A stretch of 64,000 nucleotides of DNA, taken from NCBI RefSeq assembly GCF_030144855.1, contig NC_082722.1:20336001-20400000 (forward strand). Reading direction: 5' to 3'. Below are positions 10,230 to 24,700 of the stretch, piece after piece (position 1 is the stretch's first letter; the number at the start of each line of letters is the position of its first letter). The position numbers and the translations under genes are program-made. The stretch comes from Hypanus sabinus (Eukaryota). Under the pieces are notes generated by a model. The model was not told where the DNA came from, searched no databases, and was given only the letters and a program-made list of their open reading frames with translations.

Positions 10230-13200
10230 CATAAGATATAGGAGCAGATTCTCGCCATTTTGACAATGGGATCTGCTCCACTATTTATAGCTGAGACCGC
10301 AAGACCATAAGATACGGGAGCAGAAGTAGGCTACTCAGCTCATCGAGACTCCACCGCCTTACAATCATGGGTTCATGCAATTCTTCCAGTCATCCGGTTC
10401 CCCCTGCCTTCTCCCCATAGCTTTGATGCTCTGGCTAATCAAGAACCTGCCTATCTCTGCTTTAAGTACACCCGATCACTAGGACTCCACAGCCTCAACT
10501 GGTAACAAATTCGACAGATATATAACGCGCTGACTGAACTAATTTCTCCTCATCTCAGTTCTAACTGGACGTCGTTCAATCCTGAAGTCGTGACCTCTTA
10601 TTCTAGAATCCCCAAGCATGAGAAATGACATTGCCATATCGAAACTGTTCATGCCTTATAACATTCGGATTGTTTCTTTGAGATACCCCTCTTTCTCCTG
10701 AGCTCCAGGGAATACAGCCCAAGAGCTGCCAAAAGTTGCTCATGCGGTACCCCTTTCATTTCTGGAATCATTCTTGTGAATCTTCTCTGCACCGTCTCCA
10801 ATGTCAGTATATCCTTTCTAAAATAAGGAGCCCAAAACTGTATACGGTACTCCGTCTTGTCCCACGAGTGCCTTTCAGAGCCTCAAAATCAAATCCCTGT
10901 TCTTATATTCTATACCTCCGGATATGAATGTCAGCATTGTGTTCGCCTTCTTAACAATCAATTCAACCTGGAGGTTAACCTTTAGGGCATCTTGTACAAG
11001 GACTCCCAAGTCCCGTTACATTTCTGCATTTTGAGATATCTCAATCTAAATTCTAGTCTGTCAGTTCAATTCTTCCCCCAAAGTGCATGACCATGAACTT
11101 TCCAACATGGTATTTCATTTGCCCCTTCATTGTCCATTCTCCTAAACTATCTAAGTCTGTCTGCAGGCTCAATTTCTTGAATACTATCCACTCCTCCACC
11201 TATCTTTGTATCATCGGCATATTTAGCCTCAAATCTATTAATACCGTAGTCCAAATCATTGACAAACATCGGAAAAAGCAGCAGTCCGTACACTAATCCA
11301 TGTGGTAGACCATGTCTATTGGATCAACGCTACTTGGCATAAATTTCCTTTCAGGAAACCATACTGGTTTTGGCCTATCTTGTCTTGTACCTCCACATCA
11401 CATTTCCAACAATCGATTCCAACAATATCGCAACCGCTGATATCAGGCTAACAGGTCTATATTTCCCTTTCTGCTGTCCCCCAATCTTTTTAAATAGAGG
11501 AGTAACCTTTATAATTTTCTAGCCCTCCGGTCAATTCTAGAATCTGTCGATTCTTGAAAGATCATTGTTAATGCCTTAGCAATCTCTGTAGCTACTTCCT
11601 TCTGAACCTGAGGGTGCATTCTATTAGGTCCAGCAGAATTATCCACCATCAGTCCATTAAGCTTCCTGAGCAACCTCTCAGTCGTAATTTCCACAGCATG
11701 AACTTCACTTCCATGACACGCTTGAATGTCTGGTATTCTACCGACGTCTTCCGCTGTAAAGACTGATGCAAAATACGTATTCAATTCCTCTGCCATCTCT
11801 GCGTCTCACATCACAACATCTCCAGCGTTATTTTGTATTGGCCCTATACCTACCTTCAACTGTCCTTTACATTTTAAATACTTGAAAAATGCTTTTAGTA
11901 TCTTCTTTGTTACTATTCACTTGTTTCCTATAATAATTTATCGCTTCCTTCCTAATGCCCTTCGTAGTTTCATTCTGCTGGTTTTTAAAAGCTTTCCAAT
12001 CTTCAATATTCACACTGGCTCTGATGTTCTTGTATGCCCTCCCTTTCGCCTTTTCTTTGGCTTTGACTTCGCTTGTCAATCACTGTAGTGTTCTCGTGTA
12101 GGTGTAGAAACTCTGAACTAAACACGGATTTAAACCATAGTCAATGAAGGCAAGATCGCAGGAAAATTAACCATTTACTGTTCAGTCTTCCACATTAACA
12201 TATGGTGAAAACAGTTGATAAAACAATACAAAATATATACAATATCCGTTTCCATCTTGGCATCACAACTACATCACAAATACTTGCAAAAGTAAAACGA
12301 CAACAAACTATATTACATTAAGTCTCATTAAAGTACAACATAAAGTCAGAATCTACCTACGCCATCAACTTTCAATACACTTCAACACAAACTTTCCAGC
12401 AACGCTTTCAGTAGCACAAGACAAAAAACTTTATCAAGCTTCATTACTTTTAACAGAATCAGCGTTTAACATTTTTACTTCAATATATCGATTGCCTTAT
12501 GAAATTTCGGCGTTGCTTCTATGATGTTTCTTAGTGCGTAGAAATTGAACTTTTCTCGCGCTGATCCTGCATAGTCAAGCCGCCGCCTTCCCTTTTCTGC
12601 AAACCGGTAATTAACCAGAAGACGCGGTGAAACCTGTTGTTACGTCATCGCATTCCGCTATATATCACAGGCATTGAATTTACCTTCAACAACTGCAACG
12701 CAGTATTAAACCTCAACTTTAACTAGAATATGTTTATAAACGAATTACTAAAGCAAAATTGTAATAAAGGTAAACAAATGCCTTAAGGGCAACGCAGCCA
12801 CCGTGCTGTCCTTCGTCCCTTCAAAAATTTCTTCTTATTGAGAAAACATCTGTCTTGCACTTCCCTCTTTTTGTGCGCTGAAACCCCAGCCATTGCTGCT
12901 CTGCTCCCTTTCCTGCAGATGACTCTTTGGAGTCAACTTCGACCAATTCCCCTCGTGCCATTGTAATTACATTTATACCACTGAAATAATGACTAATTGG
13001 ATTTTATTTTTTCCCTCTCAAATTTCAGTGTGAACTCGGTCACGTTGTGATCTCTGTTCCCTAAGAGTTCCTTAACATTAAGCTCTCTCTTCACCTACAG
13101 ATAATTGAACAACACCCAATCCAACACAGTCGAATTCCTGTTGGGCTCAACAGCAAGCTGTTCTAAAAAGCCTTCCCATGAACATTCTACAAATCCTCTC

Positions 13201-14950
13201 TCGAGATCCAGTACTGACCTGACTTTTCCAATAGACTTCCATGTTAAAATCCCCAACAATTATCGTGGCATTGCCTTTCTGACACGCCTTTTCTATCTCA
13301 TGTTGTAAAGTTAAATTAACATCCCATATGTTGTTTGGAGGTCTGCATACAACTGTCATTAGGGTCTTTTTATCTTTGTCATTTCTCAACTGAATTCATA
13401 GAGACTCAACACCTACTAATCCTGTCATATCTTTATAATGATTTGATATGATTTCTTATACTCAGAGCCACATCACCTCCTCTGCCTAATAACCTATCTT
13501 TCTGATACACTGTGTAACCCAAGACTTCAGGCTCCCAATGTCAGCCATCGTTTAGCTAATTTTCAGCGATGGAAACAATGTGATATTTGCCAATTTGTAG
13601 CTGAATTTCAAAATCGTACTTTTTATTCTTTATGCTGGGTGTATTCAAATGTAACACTTTCAGTCCAGAATGTGTTGTTTACTGCTTTAACTACACTACC
13701 CCTGTATCGCCCTGTAACTCATGCCAGTGGCTGTAATTAAGTCTCATCTCCTGCCTGTTCATTTTATATTCTGTTGCACTATCTTTGATTTATTTCTGTT
13801 CACGTCTTCCTCGACGCTATCAGTCCGTTTCCCAACCCCCGGTCAAATTATTTTAAACGCTTTCTAACAGCTCTATTAAATGTGCCTGCTACTACATTGG
13901 ACGCCTTTGTACGGGTCATACTTCCCCAGAAGACGCCCCAATGATTCAGGAATCTGAAGCCCCGCTGCAAACATCAGTCTTTCAGCCACACATTAATTCG
14001 CCTGAAATTGCTATTCTTGCACTCGCTAGCATGTGGCACAAGTAGCAATACTGAGATCAGTGCCCTAGAGGTCCTGCCTTTCAGCTTCCTTCCTAAGTCT
14101 CTGAATTCGCTCTTCAGGACCTCCTCCCTTTTTCTACCTATGTCATTCGTACCAATGTGTACCAGAACGTCTGGATGTTCACCCTCTGCCTTCACAATAC
14201 TTCGCACCCGATCCTAGCCATCCCATACCCTGGCTCATGGGAGGCAACACACCATGCAGGTACCTCTATCAGGCTGACAGAACCTCCTGCCTCTTCCCTT
14301 ACTATGGAAACCCCTATTATTACTGCATTTCTCATCTTCATCTTTCCCTTCAGCACCATGGAACCAGGCATTGTGCCACAGACACGATCGCCGTGGTCAT
14401 CCTCTGTCAAGTCATACCCCTCAACTGCTTCCAAACTGAGGTAACGATTTCCGAGGGGGATAGTCACAGGGGTGCTCTCTGCTTTCTGAGCTGTTCCCTC
14501 CGCTTCTCCGACCATGCAGCCTCTGTGCGACTAACTGCATGCAGCTCCTCTCTATCTCCTGTTCACTCTCCCTAATAAGACGCAGCTTCAGATCGCTAAT
14601 ACGGTCTTTCAGGAGCTGTATCGCGGTGCACCTGGCGTAAATGCTGCGTTCTGGGAGACTGAAAGATTCCCGGGATTCCGACATCTAACACAGTGCAAAA
14701 GACTGAATGTTCCTCTAAACAGTCTATTCCTCCAAAGTTGCGCAGAAAATCCAAAGAAAAGTCCACCTACTCGCCGAAACCCCTTTCGCAGAAGCTTGAA
14801 AGAGCCATAGCCTGTCAGTCGTACTCTCGCCACTGATCTCCTCCCAACAATGTCCTCTGCGCTTAACCATTCTGCATTTTTACTTAGTTCGTCGAGCTCA
14901 GTTGCCACAGCTGATAGGCCCCACACAATGGAAGAAAGCCCGCGATGCTC
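10230..14950 (-). mobile_element. Near full-length degraded CR1-clade LINE
   Basis: ORF1 esterase (VLVHIGTNDIG), APE endonuclease (IIVGDFN), RT fragments and a 3' tail with (ataagacc)-like repeats. Confidence 0.85.
12086..12795. mobile_element. Unclassified ~0.7-kb insertion interrupting CR1 ORF2
   Basis: CR1 coding similarity resumes on both sides. No convincing TIRs or ORF. Confidence 0.5.
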
Positions 14951-15307
14951 TCGTTTTAAAGGCAGTACTGATATCTCATTTATTTAAGCAAGAATTTGCT
15001 GCCGGAGCACTGCAAAGTGTCCAATGCGCATTCATTTAAGAAGCCCCCCAAGTACAGGTAGCAAGACAAATATCGGTGCTGGGTAAGATATAGGGATGAA
15101 GGACAGAATCTATCAGAATCTGGAATGGTGGCGAGTATAAAAGAGTCCGTAAGCATAGATTGCAGTGGGGAATCCTCTTCACAAACTTGAATCAGTTGTT
15201 TTGAAGAGCTATGCAGAAAATTGCTGAGAGCAGGACAGTGGACTACATCTTAATTGAATTTTGCACGGTCTCGTAAAATAGAAATTATTACACTTTCCAA
15301 GGAGAAC

Positions 15308-16149
15308 TGTGACGCAAGGATAGAACAGGGAAATCAAAGAGAGCAAAGAGGAAACGAGGATAGGCGTAATGGACGAGGGCTTAGGCCTGGGAAAAGGCTG
15401 GGACTCAGGGTCAGGGGGGGCAGGACTTGGAGATCGGGAATCACAGCTAGAACTCGGAACACAGATGTTGAACTTGGAGACTTGGAGGAACACAGAACGC
15501 CACGGCGAGGACTTGGAGACGAGGATCGGCCCGGTTACGACTCGTAGGCCAGGAACGCCCCGGACAGATCTTGGACACTTGGGACTTTGTACACCGGGGA
15601 CAGGATCTAATACTCAAACACAGGACAAGATACGCTGAGCCGGGACTCCGACTTCGGACACCAACCATGGAGCCGGGACTCTTCGTCTTCAAGGGACAGG
15701 ACATGAATACGGAGACGATACGACAGTCCTTTCGAATAGCGGCAAACGGCCTGCCGACTGCGCTGGATACACGACGACGAAACAACGGACGGTACTATCA
15801 CTGGACCCAAGTTTGTTCCAACCTGTGGGAGCTCTTAACTCAACTTGACGCGTTAACCTTGCCCGGTCCCACTCTGGCAAGGGAAGAAGGATTGCTGGCA
15901 CTTTCTGTGGAAGGACTCTTGGCTTGCTCCTGCAAGAAACTTAGTTGGTGCCGGCTAGATGACTTCGACTCGCGGTAGCTACGGTGACTTCGCTGATGCT
16001 CCATAACACTCGCGCGCCGAACGACTGAAGCCAGAGGCTTATAAACTGTCGGTTCTGTCGCGAGTAAATTACCTTAATCACCAAGCTCGAGGGACACGTG
16101 TAACAGGGAATTAAAGGGAAACAATGAGTCAACGGTCCGGATCGGAACA
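15308..16149 (-). mobile_element. Solo LTR
   Basis: TG...CA termini, flanks gaac/caac, internal short degenerate repeats and no coding domains. Confidence 0.6.
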
Positions 16150-16259
16150 CAACCTAGATAAATTTAAAGGGAAACCGATCCGGACCATGGCAATACGTAT
16201 ATTAAATAGATTAAAACGTGTAAAAACAGGAATAACATATATTTTAAAACTGGTAGTTT

Positions 16260-16900
16260 TCACGGGTTCAATGACCATTTAGTAATCCGATCGCGGAGGG
16301 AAAGAAACAGTTCCTGAACTGCTGAGTGAATGCCTTCCGGCTTCTGCACCTCCTACTTGCTGGTAACAGTGAGAAAAGGCATGCCCTGGGTGCTGCACGT
16401 CCTTAATAATGGACGCTACTTTATGTGAAACCACCCCTTAAACATGTTCTGAGTAATTTGTAGGCTTATACCCAAAATCGATACGACTAAAACCACGACA
16501 ATCTGCAGCTTCTTTCGGGCCTCCGCAGTAGCCCTGCCTCCACCCCCCTCCATACCAGACACTGACGCAGCCTGTTAGAATGCTCTCCACAGTACAATTA
16601 TAGTAGTTTTTGAGTGTATTTGTTGACGCACCACATCTCTTCAAACACGTATCGAAGGATAGTCGCTGACTCGCCTTCTTCATAGCTGCATCGATATATT
16701 GGGTCTAGGTTATATCCTCAGAGAGCTTAACACCCAGGGGCTTGAAAGTGCTCATTCTCTCCACTTTTGATCCTTCTTTGAGGATTGATGTGTATTCCTT
16801 CGTCGTACCCTTCCTGAAGCCCACAAGCATCTCTTTCGTCTGACTGACGTTGAGTGCAAGTTGTGTCAATGAGTACAGGATCTATGACGTCACGTTCAAT
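16260..16900 (-). mobile_element. Rex1/Babar LINE 3' fragment
   Basis: KKASQRL...YNCTVESILTGCVSVWYG. Confidence 0.8.
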
Positions 16901-17888
16901 TATGCGAATCTTTGGAAGAACAGTATGTTGTGCATTCATTGGCGAAAAGTACGCTGTGCATTTTGATCGCCAGGAATAGAAAAGATGCGATGAAGCTTAA
17001 GATAGTTCAGAAAAGATTAACAAGACTGTTAGTAGGACAGCGTGCTTCTAACTGTAGGAAGCGACTGGGGCTATTCATCCCTAGAGCCCAGGTGGTTGCG
17101 CGGTCACCATTTATATGTAATGTCAGGAAGGGTAGGCAGGTTTATGGTCATAGTCTTTTACCCAGGTTCGGTTGAGCGATACTGAGTATATATTGATTAC
17201 AGGCGGGAGAGAAAATAGCTAAGAGAGATCCAGGGGAAGTTTTTCAACGAAAGAAGTTTGTTAAATGGAACAGAGTACCAGACGAATCTGTAGAAATGGC
17301 TACGATTACAACGTCTGAAATACATTTGGATTGTCACATGGGTGGAAAAGTTTATTGTGATGATATCGAAACGCATGCAAATGAGACCATCTGTGGTTTT
17401 CAATAGTCAAATGTTTCAATAGTTCCAATTTATTATCAGAGAATGCATACAATATGCAACATGAAATTCGTGGCCTTCGCAGACACAATGAAAACAGAAG
17501 AGTACCCCAAATAATTAATGACAGTAGACACGTTAGAAATGGGGCCAGAAACTTTAGAAAACGTTAGAACGTTCTGCGTAGCCTTCTCCTCCCCCTCTCA
17601 CGCACAAGTACCACACCGCCTCACCCCCCGCACTGTTGCTACAACCCCTGCGAGCAAATAATTGCAAAGACCCCGAGAGACGATGACTTGCAGTACAGAA
17701 AAAAATTAACCGCCATGTCAACGAATTCAACATGCCCCATCTCCCTCAGTCCCTAATAAAGGGACAGAGTGGTATCACACCGCGCGAGAAGGGAACAAAA
17801 AAAAAACAAAAATCGCGTTGCATTACTGTGTTAAAGCCTGTTGCGTCGCTCTTTTTCGAGTTCTCTGACTCGGGAACAGCTAGTAAAC

Positions 17889-18082
17889 NNNNNNNNNNNN
17901 NNNNNNNNNNNNNNNNNNNNNNNNNNNNNNNNNNNNNNNNNNNNNNNNNNNNNNNNNNNNNNNNNNNNNNNNNNNNNNNNNNNNNNNNNNNNNNNNNNNN
18001 NNNNNNNNNNNNNNNNNNNNNNNNNNNNNNNNNNNNNNNNNNNNNNNNNNNNNNNNNNNNNNNNNNNNNNNNNNNNNNNNNN
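17889..18082. other. N run (assembly gap or masked sequence)
   Basis: 194 Ns. Confidence 1.
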
Positions 18083-19349
18083 GTGGGAGGGAGCCAGAGA
18101 AAGATGAAGAGAGAGAAGGAGTGAGTGAGTGTCTCCAGTAAATAAGTAGAGTGGAACCAGTCCCATGTGCTCCGACTGAAAGGTAATGACGGGAATCATA
18201 TTGGAGGAGAAACTAACTACAGATACCTTATCAGTTTCAAATGCACTTTAGAAATATTGAACAGATTGTTTTTAAGTCAACAGTTGCTTGTTAATTGAAG
18301 CTTGTACTGAAAAAAATATTTAGCTCTTTGAAAGTACTAATAACAAAGGAAAACATACATTTTTGCTGTTGGGATGAAAGATTTGAGAAGCTTCAAATGT
18401 AGCAAATAAAATATAATTACCCGTTTATCTCGATTTCGATTTGACAGCCCGAATTAACACTGGAGTTTAATGAACTAATTTTCTCAACATTTGTTACATA
18501 CTCTTGATATAAACCCACGAATTATGTAATATTACTCATGTGCATTGTTTTCTCATATAAAATCAAAATATTTCTTAGCCATCTGGATCGTTCATATAGT
18601 TAACGAGGGTTTTTTGCAAACATCTTACAATTACTGCAAATTCCAAGATACTTTTGGTTATAACGTAAAAGTTTCTCGGGAGAATCAAGGCTGAGAAACA
18701 CAGTGAATGCCTTAGATTTATAACCTTTCATCGGGTTACCGATCAGAAAGATCTGTTCTGTTTCTCTCTCCATTAAAATTCAGGCAGAGAAGTATTGTCA
18801 CGAGAACACGTTGCGAATATTCGAACATCCTCCGATCTATATTTCTCTCGGTTGAACATTGGTATAAGTGTGCAATAATAGATTATTAATTGGCGGGTTT
18901 TCCCTGTCAAAATGAATCCTCTCCCATGGTGGCGAATCTCTGGATTTATTTTCCAACCTGTAAGATCAGTTGGGGCAAAACTATTGGGAGACGTTTAAGG
19001 GGAGGTAAGCGCTTTTTTCTTGAAATGATCAGGACTGTTCAGTAGACTTGAAGAAGAGGTTACGACTGAGCATATCTGACATTATCACCTTGAATGGCTG
19101 GGCAGTAGACAAGGCCGGAAAGATTTATCGCTGTTCTTTTCTTAATTTTCTATCTTTGGTTTTATTTTATGACATTTTCCTGTAATGAATCGGAAAAACG
19201 TCGAAAACAAAATGATAATATATCTTCCCAATTGTGACATGTGACATTAATCATCCACCTTTGATGGATGCAAGAAACGGAACGTAGCGATGCTCTGGCC
19301 TACACTCATTGATAATATATGGCGATGATTGGCAATTGGATTCTCAGCT

Positions 19350-19481
19350 TCACAGCATCTTTGATGTGTTTTCATCGGCGTACAATCTATGTTTGCTTTG
19401 ATGTTTCGATGCCTGTGCGTAATTCGAATCGGGAATCTGCAGAGCGGCATAAGTCAGTTTGTCAGCTCCATTTCCTTTAGT
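19350..19481 (-). CDS. Gene A terminal exon with ITIM: TKGNGADKLTYAALQIPDSNYAQASKHQSKHRLYADENTSKML*
   Basis: Branch-point-like CTAAC plus ttactttcacag acceptor, phase 0. LTYAAL fits the (I/V/L/S)xYxx(L/V/I) consensus. Confidence 0.8.
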   Translation of the reverse strand, partial: TKGNGADKLTYAALQIPDSNYAQASKHQSKHRLYADENTSKML

Positions 19482-21737
19482 CTGTGAAAGTAATCCAAAT
19501 TCAGCGGTTAGTCGTGCATTTAGTGACCGATTGAATCACACGATCGTAAAATAAATTAGAGATGTACTGATCAGTAATGAATTTTAGGTTGCTTATGCAA
19601 CAGAATTATGTCAACGCTATTTCAACATTTCCCTTAATGCTTTAGATATTAGCGTTTTATTTGTCTTTACTTAAAAATGACTTTAACAAAATCATGTTAC
19701 GAGAGTAGAGAAATCCTTGATCTAGCAGTTATGGTACAAAACAATTGGCTAACTTATAGTACAATCGCATTTTTTTGTCATTTGTGACTGATTGCCGTAT
19801 CCTGTTTCGTTTATGGATCTCACATGTGTTTGCTCAGCCGCACCTGCAAACATAGTTCCAAATGCACATGGAGATCGTTGTCAGTGGACAGCACATAACA
19901 GATAGAATGAACGTTGTAAGTTCAGTCAGGCTCTCTAATTACAGTTTTGTCACAATTCGTTATTAGAGGCTGTTCAGTTCTCCTCGGTTATTATCAGACA
20001 CGTGATTATTATGGAGCTGATGATGGGCGTTGGGAAGGATGGCATTCCCAGTCTCGTGGTATTTGGCGTTTCCTCATGTGCAAATTACATGTGACATTAG
20101 ATTTGTGAAAACAAAGATAAAGTAACCTGTAGAGATTCTGCAGATGCTGCAAATCTTGAAGAAAGCAAACAAAATACTGAAAGGAATTCATTAGGTAAGG
20201 CAACATGCAAAAGGTAAATAAAATATCGATTGTCTTTGGCTGAGACGTTTTATCAGGACTGGAAAAGAGGGAATAGTATCCAGAATATAAAGGTGTGAAG
20301 TGGGTGCGGGAAAGGTAGCAGGTGACAGGTGCAACCAGGTAAGTGCAAAGGTATGTGGAACACTGCGTGGGAATGACGTAAGAGTTGGAAGGTGTCGGGT
20401 GTAAAAGGTAATCGGTTTATGAAGGAGTCGGTTACGGGAGGACCGTGGACCCTGCAAAATGGAAGGAGGCAGTGCACGAGGAAGGAAGACAGCCTGATGG
20501 GCAGATGGCGAGAGGAGAAAAGGTGGAGACTGCTCCTGACTGTAAACGGGGTAACAGCAGTTTCTGTGCTGCTCCAAGTTTTGTTCCTTCCCTCCTAGGT
20601 CAAATTTCGAACTCAAAAAAAATTAGTTCCTGTTTCTTGATGGGGACAATATAGCTTTGAGGAGTCGGAAGACCTTATCTGAACCTGGTGACAAAGGCAA
20701 CGGAAAAGGGAAGATGCAAAAGGAAAGATCTGATGAAATGCCGTCGTGGGCAAGGATATGGTTCGAATACTAACTATAATTGAAGACCTAATGGAAAAGA
20801 ATAGTAATTAAATGATGTCAGTTAATGGAAATCTTAAAGATCTCGAAACACAAGTTCTTACAAATGAAGAGCAATTGATGGTAAATAAGCAAAAATTGCT
20901 TGAAACTACATCTTGTCCGGAAAGATATCGAAATAAGGTTGTAGACCTGGAAACTAGGTCTCGTCGAAGGAATATACGTATTGTTGTGCTGCAGGAAGGA
21001 ATCGAAAAAGGAGTCATAGCTGTGTACTTTGGTAAGCTTTTTCATGCCTTATTTCCTACTATAATATCACAGCTTCCTAGCTTCACAGATTGTTTGCTTC
21101 GAGACACCAGGATAAGCGGCGTTCTACTGTAGTCTGTTTTCATCATTTTAACATTAGGGACCAAATAATGCGCAGGCAAGAAAGCAGAGAGTTTTCAGAT
21201 TTGAGAATACAGAGCTCCCTTTATTTGAAGATTATCCGAAGGACTTAATGGAGCAAAGATCAACATTTGCCCTGGTAATGAAACAGGCATATGGAAAGAA
21301 ATTGCCTCCTTCTTTGCGTCACCCAACAAGAATGAAAGATTTTCCTCCTGACTCTTCTCCACGTACATTTTTTGAACCTAAAACGGCACTAGCGTTTGTT
21401 CAAACCCTACCTGCTGTAACAGCCGATTGAACTGTCTGGAAGGTTTTTTGGTTATTTGCATTAATATTTCTGAAAGAAGATTTATGACGGATGATTTTTG
21501 AAGATTAAGGGACTTGTACATTGTTGCATATCATCGGTCTGATTTAGAAAGAAGATTTATGGTTAATTTATGACTGCTTAAATTGTTGTTCGGACATTCG
21601 ATTGAGAAGAAGAAGATAAGAGGACTTATTCCTTGAACCTAACATCTAGTTAGATGTTTATTTTTGTCTTCTGTTTCTTTCTTAATAAACTAACTGCCAG
21701 TTTTTCCTACTAATGGGGTTATTTGTATTCATATAGA

Positions 21738-21768
<31 letters not shown>

Positions 21769-24700
21769 CTATATACACTGAGATATTATATTTGTTTTCT
21801 CTAAGTAATATATTTTAGATTTTGATAACTGTTTATTTTAAAAGCTTTTTCAATATATTAGTATGCTTTTATGTAATAGAATATTATAGCGTCTTATAAC
21901 TGAATTTAAAGCTTTTATTTAGGAAATCTGATGTTGAATTTAAGATGGCGCTGTTTTTTCTTTTTATGAGATATTAATATTTTTGATTTTCTCGGTTTAA
22001 AAATGATTAAATATAAACATGGGATAGTTAGTAGATGCCGGAATGTAAACGCATTTATATTGATACTCTTTTGCTTCTCTGACACGATCAGTAGATTTTT
22101 TTAACTAGTGGGTGAGGTAGAAAATCTTTTTAAATTCTCTGTGGGCAGACAGCAAAGTCTAGGCTTCGTTTTTCTATCAACGGGCGCTTGTTTTTTTTTT
22201 TCCTGAGCGGTGGGGGACGGGGTGGGCTTAGAGTTAGGGAGCTTTTCCCATTGGGTGGTTCCGGAGCATGGTAAAATGTTTCACTAAAAGGGGATTAGAT
22301 ACGACGCACATTATATTTTGTTACAGTGTCAATGGTGTGCTCAAGTTTGTAAAATTAACTTCCTCTTGGATGATGACTTTATATATATAAATATGAACTC
22401 TCTGGGGTACTCCGGTTTCCTCCAAAGCCTTACACGTTAGCAGGTTAATTGGTGACCTGGGTGTGACTGAGCGGCATGGACTAGCTGTACAGGAAGGGAC
22501 GGTTATCCTGCTATATCTTTAATTAAAATCTTTATCACATTTTCTGCTTTACCTGGGAATAGATAACGCGCTCCTCCGGTTCTTGGTCTTTGCGAAATGG
22601 TTTGCTCTCCCTGTGGTTCAGTGTAGCATAGACAGTGGTGTGCTCAACCGGTGCTTGTTCAGCCTGCTAGAAAAACATATTTAATACATCTCACTGATGC
22701 ACAGCTCAGTGATCAAAAACTAAATTAAGTTGTAAAACCTAACACCAAGGATGAAAAACTGTTGGAATAACATTTTGTCTGCGCACAGTGATTCTGTCCA
22801 AACATCATACCGGATTTGGGTTCTCGACCGTTTCAGGCTGGAAGTCGCTATATTCAGAATTTCAAAGAACCGATTTTAACAGTGCTAGCAATAGGATGCG
22901 GTTCTCAGTTCTGGCCATCTCTGTTTTTTTCATCTCCAAAGTCTATCTCTTACATCGCTCTAAGTACTATGCTTGGGCTCCTGCCCATTGTCTATCTTTG
23001 ATGCACGTGTCGAATTATCGTGATCATTGCCCTGATTAGAATGCATCCCTGCTGTGCAAACTGAAACTGAGATCCTTATACTCACATTAATTAAGTTAAG
23101 GATATTGGAGAAAATGGCAAGTCCTGATGTGAAGTCTCGCTTAACTCTTGCCGGAAACAGGAGAAATGCATCATGGGCCTATGTTGACTTCATTGGTTTT
23201 GCTGGTAAATCACTTAAACTATAATCGATATAGGTAGAAGCAATGGACGTAGTCATTACAGTAAATCATAAAAATGGAACTAATTTTGCTGAAATAATAG
23301 TATAGCATTCCGGAATAATAAAATAATAGTAAAAATTTATCATGAAAGCTTCACCTTCAACTTGGATATTACTCTAAGAAGTAGCCCTGCATTTCCGGAA
23401 TTGTTACGAATACGAGTAGGAGTTTTAGCGGAATTTTACCATAATGAATTCAAAGACTGATTTATTACTATCTTATCTTAGTTGCTGCAGTCGCTTCATT
23501 TGCACCTAAAGTCGCTAGGTAAAATTAAAAATAAATGTGTTAGACTGGGGGAAATGATTAATGAACCACAAGAAGAAAAATGTTATCATGAAAAAGAATC
23601 CTGGTAGCAAAAAAAAAAAAAATAACATTAAAGTGCTGGATACATGAAATAAAAGAAAGAAATAGAACACACAAAATTCAAAACAACTGACCTTCCAATG
23701 GTAAATATTACAGTTCCCCTTCCAATCCAACTGTGTATGAGCTAATGTGGAACACTTGAATGCATACAGGAAGCAGATACAACGAGAACTTTTAAATAAA
23801 TCTTAGATATATACTTAAAATAAATATTTTACGGGGAAAGTAGTTTTATTTTCCGTACCACGTTCCAAAGTGTTATGGAATAAAATAGACTTATGATAAA
23901 TTTTCTATGCGAATATCCAGTTCTGAAACAAGACGAGTCGCTTTACCTACCGGGTCTTCATTCTGACATCCATCCAAAGAATTTGTGTTACCCCCTTCAA
24001 AAAAGAGATCAAAAATAAATGATTTGCATTGTAAACATTGTACGTTATTCATTTGACACCAATCGAATAATCGTGTAAGTGAAACTGCTGAAGGTACGGA
24101 TCTTTCAGAAAGTATTTTTTTGGCAACAGTGGTGCTAATATACTGTGTGTTACAGTAACCTGGTGGAATGCTTAAATGGCTTTGACTATCAACGAGGCTG
24201 TAAAGTGATAATTGCATAACTGCAGCGGTACTGTATTTAAGTGTGGAAACAAAAATGGAAATTGAAACCAATGAGTCGTACATATTTTGGTCAAGGTTAG
24301 TTACACAAACAGAGGGAGTTTAGATCTACGGCAAGTCGTTTAAGTTTCAAAATACGCACCGGCCATTGTATTAACAGATGATATTTAAAGAACTCCAAAG
24401 GGATATAATAGCATTAGAAAATCAGATATGATATTCTTCCAGTGGACTGGTGAAATAGTGAATTCTTCCAGTGGACTGGTGAATGTTAAGATCAAGCATA
24501 TATTGTGCCTGAATATTTTCACTGAAATGAGGCTTCGAAAATCGCGATCCATGTCAAATCTTTCTGTAAATGCCCTTTACTGTTTTGAAGTTAAATGTCA
24601 CTTACCCTTCTATTTTTACGGAAAGAGGTAATATTTCTCAACGATCAGTGTTCTTACCGTGCGATCTCTTTAACTTGAGTATCAGCAAAACTATTATCAG

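Noticed and set aside
15254-15978. Several 90-135-aa ORFs
   Set aside because: They lie within a solo LTR, occur on both strands and have no recognisable domain.
23466-23757. Alternative cytoplasmic or terminal exon candidates for gene A
   Set aside because: Several phases are possible, the acceptors are weak and there are no signalling motifs. They were left out of the model but cannot be excluded as isoforms.
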